Of a stretch of 53,595 nt of DNA, positions 24,940 to 38,748 are shown in pieces. The notes beneath the pieces were generated by a model. That model was not told where the DNA came from. It ran no database searches and was given only the letters and a program-made list of their open reading frames with translations. The first letter of the stretch is position 1; each line of letters begins with the position of its first letter. The stretch spans positions 1 through 53,595 of the forward strand of contig MU057783.1 in assembly GCA_013265495.1 (NCBI GenBank), in the 5' to 3' direction. The stretch comes from Vicugna vicugna (Eukaryota). The position numbers and the translations under genes are program-made.

Positions 24940-25125
24940 AGAGAATGGTAGTGAAGAGCACAGATGCTGGGGACAAGCATGTGGGTCTGAACCCCCACAG
25001 CACCACCAAGTAGCTGTGACAATGATAAGTCAGTGAAATTATCTACGTCTCAGTCTCCTCATCCAAAGACCAGGGACAACAGCACCCATCTCCTAGAACG
25101 GTCCTAAGAATTAAGTTATTTTATC
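24940..25125 (+). mobile_element. MIR SINE
   Basis: gtagtgaagagcacagatgctggg...tagctgtgac...tctcagtctcctcatc. Confidence 0.7.
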
Positions 25126-25139
25126 TATAAAAGTTTATA

Positions 25140-26200
25140 TAAAAATACCTCAGATTTTAAATATGACCCCAAAAGCACAAGGAACAAAGGAAACAGAGAT
25201 AAACTGGAGTTCATCAAAATTTAAAACTTTGCTTCAAAGGACACCATCCAGAAAGTAAAAAAACAACACACAGGAGAAAATTTTTTTCAAATAATTTATC
25301 TGATAAGGAATTTTTACCTCCAAGGTAAAGCAACAACAACAACTCCTACAACTCAAAAATAAAAAGACAACTCTATTAAGAAATGAATAAAGGATCTGAA
25401 AAGATATTTTTCAAGGAAAATATACAAATAGACAATAAGCACAATGAAAAGATATTCCTTATCATTAGCTGTAAGGGAAAATCAAGTCAAAACCACTAAG
25501 AGAAACCGCTTCACACTCACTACAATAGGTTATAATCAAAAAAGGAGTAACAAGCACTAATGAGGACACAGAGGAAGCGGAGCGCGCAGCCCTTGCTGGT
25601 GAGGATGTAACACAGCGTGGCCACTTTGGAAAACAACCTGACAGGTCCTCAGAGAGTTGAACATTTGGTTTCTGAATAACCCAGCAATTCTGCTTCCTGG
25701 GCACACACGTAAGAGAACTGAAAATATATGCCCACGTAAAAACTCCTTCAGGAATGTTCATGGCACCTTTACTCATCACAGCCAAAAAGCAGAAACAACC
25801 CAAATGCCTATCACGTGATGAATGGGGAAACAGAGGGGTCCAGGCATACGGTGGAATATAATTCAGCAATAGCAAAGCATAGAGTACTGACCCAGGCCAC
25901 GACGTGGACAAAACTTGAAAACGTTATTCAGTGTGAAAGATGTCAGTCACAATAGACGGTTCCATTTATATGAAATGGCTCAATTTACATGAAAGGTCCA
26001 GCACAGGCTAATCCACAGAGAGAGAAGAGTGGCTGCCTGGGGCTGGGGGAGGATGGGGAAGATGGGAATGACTGCTAAAGGGTACGGGGCTTCCTGTTGG
26101 GGGGATGAAATGTTCTAAGATTGACTGGGATGCACAATTCTGGGCATAGAGTAAAAACCGCTGTACATTTTAATGAGTGAATTGTATTAAAACTGTTAAG
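25140..26200 (+). mobile_element. L1M (L1MB/MC-like) 3' portion
   Basis: gataaactggagttcatcaaaatttaaaacttt; ccactttggaaaac; acccagcaattc; aaacaacccaaatgcctatc; 3' UTR gggtacggggcttcctgttggggggatgaaatgttcta. Confidence 0.9.
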
Positions 26201-26980
26201 AACAAAAGCACCTCGGGCCAGTACCTTCCAATAGTAAATGTAAATTGCCAACTTTTATTAGAGGAAGAAGAAACTGCCCTCAGCATGAAAGCAGGAGATC
26301 AGCAAATGTGAGTTAACCGAAATTGGACAAGAGCATTTCACTTGAAACAGTTGCTGAGTGTACACGAAATATTCAGACATGACAAGGAAAAAATCAGCTT
26401 GACGAAGCAGCATTCTGCTTCAAATGCAGATCAAGGATTCGGCAAGCCCAGCTGCTAGAAGGGACCAGAGAAGAAACCTGGTTCTTAAAACAAGCACCAG
26501 AGCCAACAAGGAAATGGTGCTGAGGAAAGCAGGCGGCTGAAAATCTGGAGCAGTTTGCTACAAACAATTTCTCCACCGAAAATTCAAAAATAAAATGAAA
26601 GTGATGCGATGCTGTGCTGGCCTCACGTGAACGGGCTTCCTCCAGTGTTCGACAGTTCTGTAACCCCGAATGAGAGACTCAGGAGAATCAGCATGGCTCC
26701 TGGGAGTCCACAAGGGACTGCCCACCAGCACGCTGACCACCATCACATCTGCCAGGGTTGAATTGCAGAGAAGAGACCAACTACTGAAAGGCACAGGAAA
26801 TGTTGACAAGGGAAGAAAAGGCTGGTTTCAGTCCTTGGACAGAGGCCCTGTGAGCAGAGGCCAGAAGTCTGCAGATGAACTGAAGTGGCCCTGGGGCAGG
26901 AATGGACCACGGGAGAGCAGACCTCAATTCTCTCCTCGCTGTGCCTCAGGTCGGAGAGATAAAGCCTGCATCCTTCTCAC

Positions 26981-27039
26981 CTGAAACTGTGGGTTATGGC
27001 TGGCAGAAGTCCCACTGAGACGGAATGAATTACTCAAGA
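26981..27039 (-). other. Candidate exon (59 nt)
   Basis: Acceptor gagttttcccacag|; donor CAG|gtgaga. Confidence 0.35.
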
Positions 27040-27837
27040 CTGTGGGAAAACTCAAGAGAGTGAGATGGAGTCGGGAGCCAATTCCACTGAGCCTCTCAAA
27101 TGCTCCCACATTTATTGTGTATAATCAAAGGAAAAAGTCATTATCAGTTGTGTGATGGTATGCAGGAACTTAGGGAAAGACAAGATGAGACAGAGAATGT
27201 AGAATCCACAATGAGTATAAAGGCTTAGTTTATCTTTAGGTAAGCCATGGGGAGAGGGGAATAAGATACATTCGTAAGATATGTGAATTACAAAGCAGAA
27301 CACCAGACCAGCCAGGTCCTTGTTGCGGGGATAATAGACTATCTAACAGCACGCAAGCCCAGCGTTTACAGCTGAGGGCCTGGGTCATTGCTTTGCAACA
27401 AGCAGAGTGCTATCTAAACCTCAACTACGCAAGAGAAGCATTGTCTCTATTTTTTATGGCAAGGAGGCAGGAGTGCAAATTGCACAGGTGCCTGCTTGCA
27501 AAGCAGTTACTAAGCATATTTTTTCTTCTTAAAGTTGACAGGCGGCTAGGGTCTGTTACAATTTGTTAACCCAATCATGGGCTCCCACATGGAACCATTA
27601 TGGAGGACAACCTAGGGTGACAAATCCTGGCTCTGGGTCTTTTCCTGCCAGCTTTAGCCACTCCAGCACACCCCTGAATAACGATCCTACAGAACCACCC
27701 ACACTCTTTCTCCTGGTGCTTGAAACTTAGTTTTAGCTCTACACAACTTACCGTAAAACGTTTCAGAAATAAAACTTGTATTCTTTTTATATCTCATAAT
27801 AGGACTGATTTTTATGATTGCTCTAAACTTCTTCTAC

Positions 27838-28035
27838 CTGGTAAAACACCTAATTCTCCTGCAGGTGAATTCAGTACTTTCCATTGGGTCAGTCTGTGCT
27901 CTCTGACTTCTTTTGGTCAAATACCGATAGATCTAATTGATTTCATTGTTCATCAATTTCAGCCTGGAGGTGAGGGAGTGTCACTCTGTTCCTCAGCCCA
28001 CCCTCAACTCTTTTCTCATCAGCAACTCAGGCCTC
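27838..28035 (-). other. Candidate non-coding exon (198 nt)
   Basis: Strong acceptor ttctttgttttgttttcag|GAG; donor CAG|gtagaa; stops in all three frames. Confidence 0.4.
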
Positions 28036-28835
28036 CTGAAAACAAAACAAAGAATTTGTTTCCTTCCTGTACACTTTCCACAAACCCAACAGGAAACATC
28101 AGCCTAGAGAAAGAATTCAACACAAATGTTAAAACAAAAATCTACAAACCTGAAGCAACTCCATCTCCGAATCATGATACACAATGACATGGAAGTAAGG
28201 GTGTCAAGTACAAAGCATGCGTGAGCCTGACCAAACCACCTCATTTCTTCAAAGGAAGGAAGGTTTTGATATTTTTTATTATTACTCTTTGTCATTGTTT
28301 CTGATTAAGCCAAAAAATAATAGAGCTCATTATGAAATAAATAAGCACTGCAATAAGAGATTTTGCTCTATTAATTACAGAAGGAATTCAGAGGGGATAG
28401 AAAAACCCAACTCTAAAAAATGCAAACTTTCTTCCTCCATTAAGAACACATATACAAAATGCAACAGAGAATTCAAAATCATGTGGAGAGAAGCAAAATC
28501 CACAGAATCAGAGCAAAGTCATTACTATGAGTCAATTCACAATTCACTGGACAAGCATGCTCAATGCATTCAAAGAATTTTAAAGGCACACTGCAAACCA
28601 TTCACTTAATGATCTCAGGCTAGAGGAAGAATTTCCCTCTTTAACAGACAACAGAAATCAATAGGTTGCCCCACCACACGAGGACCAAACAACAATCAGG
28701 TTTTTTAAGAGTTCTGATAAATCAGCATGTTCTAAAGATCAAAATCCAGAAATTTTAAACATTCATTCACACCACCATGAAACAAGCACTTAAAAAAAAA
28801 AAAAACCAAAGAATCTAAGCACATAGATCATGTAC

Positions 28836-28862
28836 CTGGATCAATGAGAACTTCTTGTACAG
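28836..28862 (-). other. Candidate 27-nt micro-exon
   Basis: Acceptor cctcttctttctttcag|CTG; donor CAG|gtacat. Confidence 0.4.
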
Positions 28863-29726
28863 CTGAAAGAAAGAAGAGGCCATAATCTTTTATTTGAAAA
28901 ATAAAACGACTTTTAAAGATAACTGCTAAAACACATTCCATCATTCATGTTGCCTTGAAAACTCTGAGACCCTTGTATCTGATCAGAAAAGCAATTCTGA
29001 GTAATAGTAGGTTACAATTCAGTGCCAGTTTGTTTTAGAAGAAAAGAGAAAAGAAAAGCGACTGTTTCTCATATCCTGCACAAATTGTAAAGTGCCTCCC
29101 TGCCTCTTTCTCCTCCCATTTTCTAAGCTCATGCTCCCCAACCCTTCTGAAAACAGTATGAGAACCTCTTATTACCACCAATATGCCAATAACAAAAGAA
29201 TATCAATTTATTTGTGGAAATATATGCCTACACCTTGAATGGGAGGAGAAAGGCATCAGAAGGCTATATGGAACTTATTTCTTCCTTCCTGAAATCACAC
29301 ACACAAACACGTTCACACTGACACAGACACCTACACACTGAATTACTGGGCACTTCACAAGCTTAGGACTTCCAAATTCTACAAAGTAACTTTGTAGTTA
29401 GTTTAAAATACAAAACTGTCCGCTTTTGAAATCCTTGATCATCTGCTAAACCATCCAAATACCAACAAGACCTAATTAGCCTTCTCTGTAGAATGTAATT
29501 TCCCAAGATGGCAAAACACAACCTAAGAAGTATTGGATCCAACACTCGTGTTTATCACTTGCTATGATTGTTTTTAAACACGTTAACACATTCAGAAAGG
29601 TATATCCCAACAAAAGTTATTCTTATTGAAATATACGTGTTCAATTGTCTATACAGAAAATAGGTCCCATGATGGTGTTTAAGAGCTATTTTGTGTATTG
29701 CAATGTTTATTTTTAAGTGCAGACAA

Positions 29727-29855
29727 GGAGGGTGGGTATAGCTCAGTTGTAGAGCAACTGCTTAGCATGCACAAGGTCCTGGCTTCAATCCCCAGTATCT
29801 CCATAAAAATAAATAAAAATAAACGCCTATTTAAAAAATAAGAATAAAGTTATAA
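29727..29855 (+). mobile_element. tRNA-derived SINE, Vic-1 (camelid) type
   Basis: gggtatagctcagttgtagagc...cttagcatgcacaaggtcctggcttcaatccccagtatctcc followed by an A-rich tail; A and B boxes; target-site duplication taagtgcagac / taaatgcagac. Confidence 0.88.
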
Positions 29856-31229
29856 TAAATGCAGACTAAAAACCACTGCAATCTAGAAGCCATGATTATA
29901 ATAAAAAAAAAAACCAAGAGTTTCTATCAAATATTGACTATAGGCCAATCACAGAGACAACCACAAATCACACCTGACGACCATTACGTGTGATTCTCAG
30001 CAACACTACGAAGTAGACACGAATGAGAAACCCGGCTCTGCGGATGAGGAGACGGAGCTCGGAGGAGCCGGGGACGCTGACCGTCCTGCTCCCTGTGACA
30101 CCACGTCAGCGCAGGATGAGTGCTGACAAAGCTGCACTGAGGGGACACCCAGCTGCATGGAAACTTGGGGCACTGGGGAGTCCCAGAAAACACTAAAAAT
30201 TGTTCAGTGAGAAACCAGCTCAAATGTATTACATTGTGCCACGTCCTTTAAATACGGAATATGACTGAGACCTTTTTGATGCCTCCATGTCCTTTCTGCC
30301 ATCATCATTTATTTGCCCTCTCAGTGTGACCAGTGATGAACTGGACCCCATATGAAGTGCACTCAGATGGCAGAGCTTTTAAAGCTGTTTTATGAAGCTT
30401 GTAAGACTCTGTCTATGCCTCACACAGGCGGTCATCCATCACTTCTCGCCGGTGTGGACGTACCACCTGAAACAACCCCTTTCTGTATTTAAAATTCCCT
30501 TCATCTAATCCAGACTTTTCAACAGCAAAGAAGCAGCTCAACCACAGACAGTGGACAGCTTTTCACCAAACGGACTCGAACAGTCCATCGGACTACCTGG
30601 AAGCCCTTTCCATCTAATAAACCCACTTCCAGGTACTTCATCGTTTTCTGATTGGTAGAGTTGGCCTCTAACTGTCTGGCCTACTCAGAGAGCTCCCAGC
30701 CTCATGTGCAGGGGTGGGAGAGGACGCTGCTGTCGGGAGAAATCAGTGGAAGGGGGACATTCTCCAGCCAGGTCTGCACGGGTAGAAGTGCCACAACGTG
30801 CTCAGAAATTATACCGTCAGCACCCCTGGGCTCCCATGGACTGGTCTCACATTAACCAAACTGATGGAAGAAAACCAGACGTTTAAGTTATTAATGAAAC
30901 AGGAGACATGAAACTATGAACCAGACTGAAATATCAGAGTCCAACCATCAGTACATTTTCTCCTGAACGGCCCAATCATGGGCAGGTGGTCATATAGCAA
31001 GCATGGACAGAAGAAATGCAGGGAGGGGTTCTAGATTAACTCAATGTTGTACAAACAGAACTGCTGCCTGGAAAACATTGCCAATCAAAGTGCACTCTCC
31101 TGGACAGGGGCTGAGACACGACTGTGAGAACCTGTGTAACTCTCCTTTCCCTGTCCTTTCTGGGCTAACTGATTCACAGAGGTACAGAGATCCAGGGATG
31201 CAGATACCTCTGAACACCCACAGCCCATC

Positions 31230-31460
31230 TCTGGGAGCCTGGAAACCAGACAGCCAGGGTTTAAAACCCAGCTCTGCCACTTACTAGCTCTGTGACCTTG
31301 GTCACCTTACTTACCCTCTCTGTGCCTTAATTTCCACACTGTAAAACTGGGATAACAATCAAACCTTCTTTACTCACTTGTGAAGATTGAAGGATTTATT
31401 TCTGTAAAATGCTCAAAAAAGAATGTAGCACATTTTTGGTGCTCAACAAATGTTAACTTA
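31230..31460 (+). mobile_element. MIR SINE
   Basis: cccagctctgccacttactagctctgtgaccttgg...ctgtaaaactgggataa...gctcaacaaatgtta. Confidence 0.88.
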
Positions 31461-34384
31461 ATATTAAACTGATTTAAAAGTCTCCCTTCTAATCATCTCC
31501 TGTGTTTCCCAGCTAGACTAAGTCCCAAAGGAAATCCTTATTTCCCCTTTTATAAACTCTTCGGGAGCACCCTTCTGTTCCATCCCACCACCTGTTTAAA
31601 CTGTGGGAGGGGATGCCTCCTCCCCACTCCTCTGGGCTATGGGGAGTGTTTCTCTCTTCATACCTCTGACCGCTGGCCCACGGCTAGCCCTCCTCACACT
31701 AACAGAGTGAGATGTGAGTCCGGGGAGACAAGCAGGGCATGTGAAACCCTTCCTTTCCCTCCAGTGTTGGCCACCCTCGGGAAGCACCGGGATGCTCAGA
31801 TCCATGGCAGGACAGCCCTGTGCAGGATGGGGCAGATCCTCTCAAGGGAAGGCTTGCTGTGGCCCAGAGCTAACTGGGACTGCGTGAGTCTCTACTTCTG
31901 GGACACAGTATCATGACACTCATTTTCCCGCAGCCCTGAGGTTCATGGAGAACGTGACTTCATCAGTAATAAAGGAGACATTTATCGCCTGCCTGCTCTT
32001 CTGTGTCATCTCTCAGTTGGCTGCTGGAGAAAACATGTGTATAACTATTGGGTCCCCTTAAGCCTCAACATATACAAATTAACAAAAAATTCTTTGGCTT
32101 AACGTTCGTTCAGGGCAACCATGTAACGGTCCTCACTCTGCTGATGCTAAATTATGGATATAGGAACTATGGAACCTCCTCAAACATCTTTCATCATAAA
32201 GCCAGCTTTTCTTATTTTCCTATTTCTTAGAAATTATCAAAGACTATAAAATGATGGCTTCACACAAACCAGCAGCTAAAGTTTATGAGCCCACTTGAGA
32301 TAGCCACTGTGCTAAACACTTTACATAATTCCTAATTCTCACAATTCTACAAAGCAAATATGAGCGTCCCCTTCTCACAGACGAGGGAAAAACTCAGAAC
32401 AAACTGACTTGGGTTCACGTGGCTCAGTGGCAGCACGTGCACGCAAACCTACGTCAAAACACTGCACCCCTTCCTACATATACCACATCACCTCCCGCCA
32501 ACTAACACACAGCGGCTGGGTCAATACTCAGGGAACTCAGTACACTTTTCAGCTTTAAGGTGCTCCAGAGGCTGCTTCTAGCTGTTTTATAAAATTCCGG
32601 CTCACTGGCTTCTAACACTGGAAGAGAAGTTCGATTTTGCCATTGTTTGCACAGCAAGTCTGAAATGTTCACAGCGAGATGACAGAATAAAAGTAAGATA
32701 TAAGCAGAATAATTTTTCCAGGTAGAAAGACGTAATGGACATTGTGCTATCCTGAAGCATTAAACGAAGGAATCAAAATAAAATAACGTTGATAAGCCTT
32801 CTTTTACAAACAGGAAAATTAAGACTGTAAGAAGGTGCAACAGTGCCACCTATGCCTAAAAAGGCCTTCCAGGTTACCGAGAAAGATGCAACACAAAAAT
32901 TGCCTGTAGGATCAGAAAGGAGAATCAGATAACTAAAAGCTTCTGTAGCACATACTGCACTTTGCTTCGGGGAAGGGAGGGGTATTCAGTATTTAATCTG
33001 ATATTGCTAAAACTCCTGAATATAAACAAAAGACATAGGCTCATGGAAACTCATCTTAGGAGAGGAAAGAATCCAGTACAGCCACTTCATTTTACAGGAG
33101 GGAAGACAGATCTGGGATCTGTCCTCCTGGCAATCAGCAGCAAAGCTCTCCTAGGCCTCATGTCTTGCACTGTAGCAAAAACCAATAGATCTGTACTAGG
33201 CCTATATTCATAAAAGTCACGTCTGTATTTTTCCAACAGTAGGTAATCTAAATATCTTGCAAAATGCTTCTCAAAGAGCCAGGAAATCATACAAGTCTGT
33301 TGAAATACAAAAACATTTATTTACATATTAAAACAGCATGAGATTTATTCTCTGTATTAAAAAACTGACATGTCAAAACAATGTTTTGATATTTTAAAAC
33401 CTATTTAGAGTGCAGAAAAAAATCAAAATTTTCTTCAATCACAAAAGAGATAAGCTTATTCCCTGAAAATTATCAATGTGGATTTTTCTAAACTTAATAG
33501 TTCTGGTCAGATTCTTACAAATTTAAAAGTCTGAGCGGATGGTTACACAGCAACATGAATTCTGAGTTGTAACAATACACATTCTGTGTAAATAATCTTC
33601 AAGGTTGTCTGTTTAAGGCAATTTAACTAGTCCCTGTCTCACTAGAATGATACAGATTTCATTAAAACTTCATACTGCACTAAAGAAACTAAAAAAAGGA
33701 ATCCTTGTTACTTTAAGCCATATTCATATATATGATATATATACATATTGAATATGCATCAGAAATAAGCCACCCTTTTTAGTATTCAGAGTTGATCCTT
33801 CTAAACTGTGATTGTGAAAGCACATTTTTATTAAGCAGCTCTTGGGTGCTTTGTATACAAGACGTCTACCTCTCACAGTCAGACACAGTAAACGGCATTA
33901 CTCAAATTTCACAAATAAAGAAATGTACTTAAGCCATGAAAACAACTTACATATTCATCATCAGGAAAGAAAACAGTAAAGATTTTACTTTCAATATTCA
34001 CTAACAGTCGTTTCCGCCATAATAAGACTACATAAAATCAATTCAGCTTTGTAAATTTTTCTGTCAATAAGCACCACTAGAGAAAAACAAGCAACATCAT
34101 TAGCAATGGTTGGACTTTCAAAGCCCACTCCTATTTTGCACTATAATCATTTTTAATGTTTTGTTTTTAGTACTTATAGAGCACTAAAATAAAAAATATT
34201 AACTTTTTAAGTCATTACCTGGGAATGCAACATTTGTGAAAATGTACAACTTTAATTTATGCCACTCTGTCTCACATTCTCACTGGTGTCTCTCCTTTGA
34301 AGGCCTCATCAGGCTGAGATCGCTAAAATCGGTCATTTATGGACTCACAGGAGTTTCGGAAACCACTCAACGGGAGGCTGATCA

Positions 34385-34600
34385 GAGGAGCAATTGAGAA
34401 TGCATCCTGTGCAGCCTGGGTTCCAGCCCTGAGCCTGCCACCGCCAGCTGCGTGTGATTTGGGACAAGCTGTCCCATCTCTCAATCCCTCAGCTGCAAAA
34501 AAGGTGACACTGATATCTACCCTCAAACACCTGCTATGAAGTAAAACATGAGGAAAGCATTTTAGCCTTTGGTAGGTGCCCACTCAATCAGAGCGAGCTT
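34385..34600 (+). mobile_element. MIR SINE
   Basis: gcctgggttccagccctgagcctgccacc...gctgcgtgtgatttgggacaag. Confidence 0.7.
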
Positions 34601-34856
34601 CGTAATTATGATGATGAGGATGGCTGTTAATAAATTAAGCTAGACCAAAAACTAGAAATTACCATAAAGGAGAAACATTTTAAGTCAATGAGCATTTCCT
34701 TTTGGATGAATTGCAGAATGTTCTATTGATTTTTTTAATAAACCAAGTTTTTTCCATTAATTATAGATTTACAGGTTCATGGACAAGTCTCCAGAAAAAG
34801 AATTAGAGACCTCTAACTTCTGAATACTAAGAAAGTAAAGTTTAAAAAAAAATTTC

Positions 34857-34942
34857 GGGGGAGATTATACCTCAGTTGGAAGAGTATGTGCTTACCATCC
34901 ATGAGGCCCTCAGTTCAGTCCCCAGTACCCCCATTTAAAAAA
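34857..34942 (+). mobile_element. Second, more diverged Vic-1-type tRNA-derived SINE
   Basis: ggggagattatacctcagttggaagagtatgtgcttaccatccatgaggccctcagttcagtccccagtacc; flanked by tttaaaaaa(a/c)aattt on both sides. Confidence 0.8.
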
Positions 34943-36014
34943 CAATTTTTTTTTTAAGAAATGGAGAATTAAAGCAAAAAGATGGAGGAATACAGTATTT
35001 TTTTAGAGGCTCAACTCAGATTTATGATAGGGAAAAAAAATCTATTTCTGAGGAAACATTGAGAACTATGTAAACTGGATCTGAGATGTCTAGTGTTTTA
35101 ACATTATTCATGAATTCATATTATCAAATCTTAAAACTATAACCCACAGTGGTGATATTGATCATAACAGTTGCCAACACGGATCAAGCTCCGGCTAGGA
35201 CTGCTGTGTTCTGACATCTCTGCCCCTGAGGCCTCACCAGGCTGAGAGCACTAAATTTTGTCATTCATGAGCATCTCGTGTAAGTCCTCCACGTGTAAGT
35301 CTTTGTGCTTCTCACTCCCCCCTCACCAGCCCCTCTGAGGGAAGCACTGTTATCATCTTCCCTACCCGCACACAAGGCCACTGAGGCGCAGAGACTAAAC
35401 CTGCTCCAGGTCACATCGGCATTAAAGGACGTCTATATTTCTGCTGTTTTACTATTGACAAAGGAATCTGAGCTACAATTCAAGAGAGACTGTTAAATAA
35501 TCAAGTCTGTCAGGTCTTCACCTCAAAGAGCATATACTATAAATTCCTGAGGTAGGATGAGGCTGCCGCCACAAACTGACTCAGCTAGAAATTAATATCC
35601 AAGATGAAGCAGCGGATACACGTAAATATTCACGACTGTCAACTCCAATCACGGATCTGGGCAGTTCACTGCCTGAAAGGGGGTGAAATCCCCACCCGTG
35701 TCTGGGAGGGAAGCCCTGCTCTTCCCGGGCTCACCCAGGCTTCATGGGCTATTTCCCCCCACAGGCTGTCCTCAGCGATTAAAAAGCTCTCAAGATTTTT
35801 ACACCATGCAAAACTAGAAGACATTTCTGCAGATGGAGCATTTTCTCAGGCTTAAACCTTTTTTGCTTACACTCAGCAAGGGGGAAAAAGAAACATAACT
35901 CTGCAAAGTCTCTGACCCTCACCACTCACAGAAGTAGAACGGCCTCAGCACAAGATGACTCTTCACATTGCAGGATGAGAACAAAATAAAGCCGCCCCAA
36001 CCACAGGCACTCCC

Positions 36015-36305
36015 AAGAGACAGTGCTGTCTTCTGCACACTCACGGTTGTGCAGCCCTCACCACCATTTCCAGAACACTCCATTACCCCAAAAGAAACCC
36101 CCTGTCCACTAGTAGTCACTCCCCATCCCCCCTCGACCCAGCCCCTCGCAACCATCATGTGCCCTGTGCCTCTGCATGTGCCTATTCTGGGCATTTCAGA
36201 TCACTGAAATCAACAATATGTGGTCGTTTGTGTCTGATTCCTTTCACTTAACATGCTGTTATCAAGGCTCGTCCATGTTGAATTGGTATCAACATCTCAT
36301 TTTTT
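36015..36305 (-). mobile_element. L1M 3' UTR fragment
   Basis: ccatttccagaacactccattaccccaaaagaaacccc...cctattctgggcatttca...caatatgtggtc...ctttcacttaacatg. Confidence 0.85.
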
Positions 36306-36912
36306 TGTTTGTTTTGAAAATGTTAAAGTTTATTAGAAGGTGGTAAGTACTATAAAAAAGAGTATAGTGGAGTATAAGGGGTGGGGATTCAAAGGGAAAA
36401 GGGCTGGTTGAGCAGTCAGGGTGGAATTCCAAGAGCAGGTGGCCTTTTTCATCTTCCCCTTAATTTTTTTTTCTTTTTCATTTTTTTCATTCTTAAGTCT
36501 GAAAAATATTCCACTACATGGAGTTACTGCATTGTGTTTATCAATTTAGAGGCTATATATGGATGAGGTCTGGAACAATACGTGTCAGAGGTGACTGTGA
36601 CTAAAAGAGATGGCATTTCAGCAAACGGAAAGATGTGCTTTTAAAAAAAAGCCAACAAACAGAGGCACAAGGAAATTCAGTGCGTTTCTCAGACAGTGCA
36701 TGCTTGCTTCAGCAGGACTGCCGTGCAGGGCTGTGAGGGAGAGTGACAGGAGACACAGAGAGGGAGTCACATGAGAAGACTCCCCACTGCAAGCAGCTCA
36801 GACAATTCTCCTCCCACATTCTGTATTTTAGAGCCATTTTTCTAGGTTTTCTCTTATTTCAAGTAACAGCACTTTAACTACACATCTGATCATCTGCATC
36901 AGATCCCCTTAC

Positions 36913-36996
36913 CTCCAAGCCACAGAAAGTCATTCACTGACTGGAGCAGCTCCAGGACAAATGGTGATGGACCAGGGAGTCCTACAGCATCCCGGC
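36913..36996 (-). other. Candidate exon (84 nt)
   Basis: Acceptor tttgtacctacag|GCC; strong donor GAG|gtaagg; open phase-1 frame RDAVGLPGPSPFVLELLQSVNDFLWLG. Confidence 0.5.
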
Positions 36997-38143
36997 CTGT
37001 AGGTACAAACCCCCGTGTGTTTCCGCATGCGCCCTGGTGATGTCCAGAAAGTAAAATGCACAGAAATGTCTCACTGATGTTACACGACCCCAAAATTGAC
37101 CTCAAGTCATGCTGGCAAAGCACTACTCAACCCTCTCATTACAAAAAAAAAAAAGTTAAGAAGGCAAATTTAGGCTCTTCCATTGAAAACCAGCAACCAT
37201 CACTGCCAGTATCTCAGCTGGGATGGTCCTGACTTCAAAAACCACTACGCAGTTACATTTCAATTGTGATAGGCATATATGTATTTCACGTAGATGATAT
37301 TACAGAAGGATTTTTCCTTTCAAAATTTCCATTTGCAACATTAGCACAAGAAAATTTATGTTTCAGCTTTAAAAAAATGAATTATCTTCCACTTTCTTAA
37401 TTTTGAACCTATTATTATTTTATAAAGGGAGCTATGCTGCAGATTATAAACCAACTGTTTGGCTTCTGCAAACAAGACCTTAATGACCTCACTATTTCAG
37501 AGCAAGCTTTAATGATGCTTTGAGAGGTGGGGCCTGGAGCACTCACTAACAGCTCTTTAAATACTGACAAGGATGTGCTATTAAGTAATGCAAAGGCTCT
37601 AACCCCACATTAGCTCAGAAAGCAAAGAAACTACAATGAAGCATTACTTTATCATTTTTAATTATTCCTATTCTTTTGAATATTAAAGTTCTTTAAAGAT
37701 AAGATTTTTTTTTGAGAAAGACAGCAGCTGTATTAAATTTCCTCTCACCGAGAAAGCAATCTTTATCAAGAATAAAAACCCCTATGGAAATCCAAAAGAC
37801 GGGACGTTTCTAGCTAAGTGAACATGCAGCTCTCAACACAAACCTAAATCCTATCAGATTTCCCTCGAACGAGCTCAACAAAGTTCTGGGCTACCCTGGA
37901 ACTTAGCTCTTCTGTTCCATATGTTGGCTGAGCTAAGATTATCACACAAGGCAGGGAAGGAGAGAAGAGGAAAGTCCACCTGGCTGCCTCCATCTGTTTT
38001 CTTCCAGCCACAAGGCGCCGCTCGAGCGACCCCGCTAACAAGCCCTCCCCATAAGGAAATCCGGCATCCATTGGTGGCCTCCCAGCCTGTGAATGGTCTT
38101 CTAATGACCCTCCCAGTTGGTGACACCCTCCCCCTCTCCCCCG

Positions 38144-38145
<2 letters not shown>

Positions 38146-38187
<42 letters not shown>

Positions 38188-38189
38188 AC
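38146..38189. repeat. (CA)n microsatellite
   Basis: Long AC run with two CG interruptions. Confidence 0.95.
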
Positions 38190-38748
38190 CTCCTGAGGGT
38201 CACTCCCTGCTGACACCCTTCACTGCCTCCTCTAAAGCACAAATTTGATTACATCGCCCGCACTTCAAACCCTTCAGAGGCTCCCTGGTAGAGTTCTAGC
38301 CCCACCTCCGACCCTGCTCACCCAGACTCACCTCAGTACCCAGGTCCCCAGTGACCTCTGGGGCCCCCTGACCTGCTGCTACTTCCCACTTGCCTCCAGG
38401 CTCCTTTTAACTGTTTCTCAGGAAGCCTTCCCTCCCTCCAAACTCCACCCCTTGAGTTAGGTGCCCCTGCTGTGTTCCTAGAACAGTCTACCCTAAGTCA
38501 ACTTCTGACACTGCTAAACTCCCAAGAAACAAATACATTTTGCTTACTACTCTGGGTCCACCCCCTCTCCACTAGACACTCAGAAGTGCGTGTGTTATGA
38601 ATAAATGTATGAAATGGTGGGTCTCAAAGGGACAGGCAGAGCTGCTCTCGCCCGTCCCGATCCCTTCTTTCTGTAGAACATCAGAAGCAAAACCAGCAGT
38701 ACCTCTCCTGAGGGTCACTCCCTGCTGACACCCTTCACTGCCTCCTCT
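38190..38748 (+). repeat. Perfect 44-bp direct repeat (38190-38233 and 38705-38748)
   Basis: ctcctgagggtcactccctgctgacacccttcactgcctcctct occurs twice, 515 bp apart. Confidence 0.92.

Noticed and set aside
27838..27946. Minus-strand frame MKSIRSIGI*PKEVREHRLTQWKVLNSPAGELGVLP as a selenoprotein or readthrough candidate
   Set aside because: Single TGA in a short frame, no SECIS identified and no similarity to known selenoproteins.
27720..28609. Plus-strand ORFs of 155 and 130 aa
   Set aside because: Non-ATG starts, A-rich intron-like composition, no splice context or homology.
29727..29803. tRNA gene
   Set aside because: Has A/B boxes, but the acceptor stem is poor and it carries an A-rich tail and TSD: a tRNA-derived SINE.
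33718..33757. AT-rich hairpin catattcatatatg...catattgaatatg as a miRNA precursor
   Set aside because: Short, low-complexity (TA)-rich palindrome with no known mature miRNA match.
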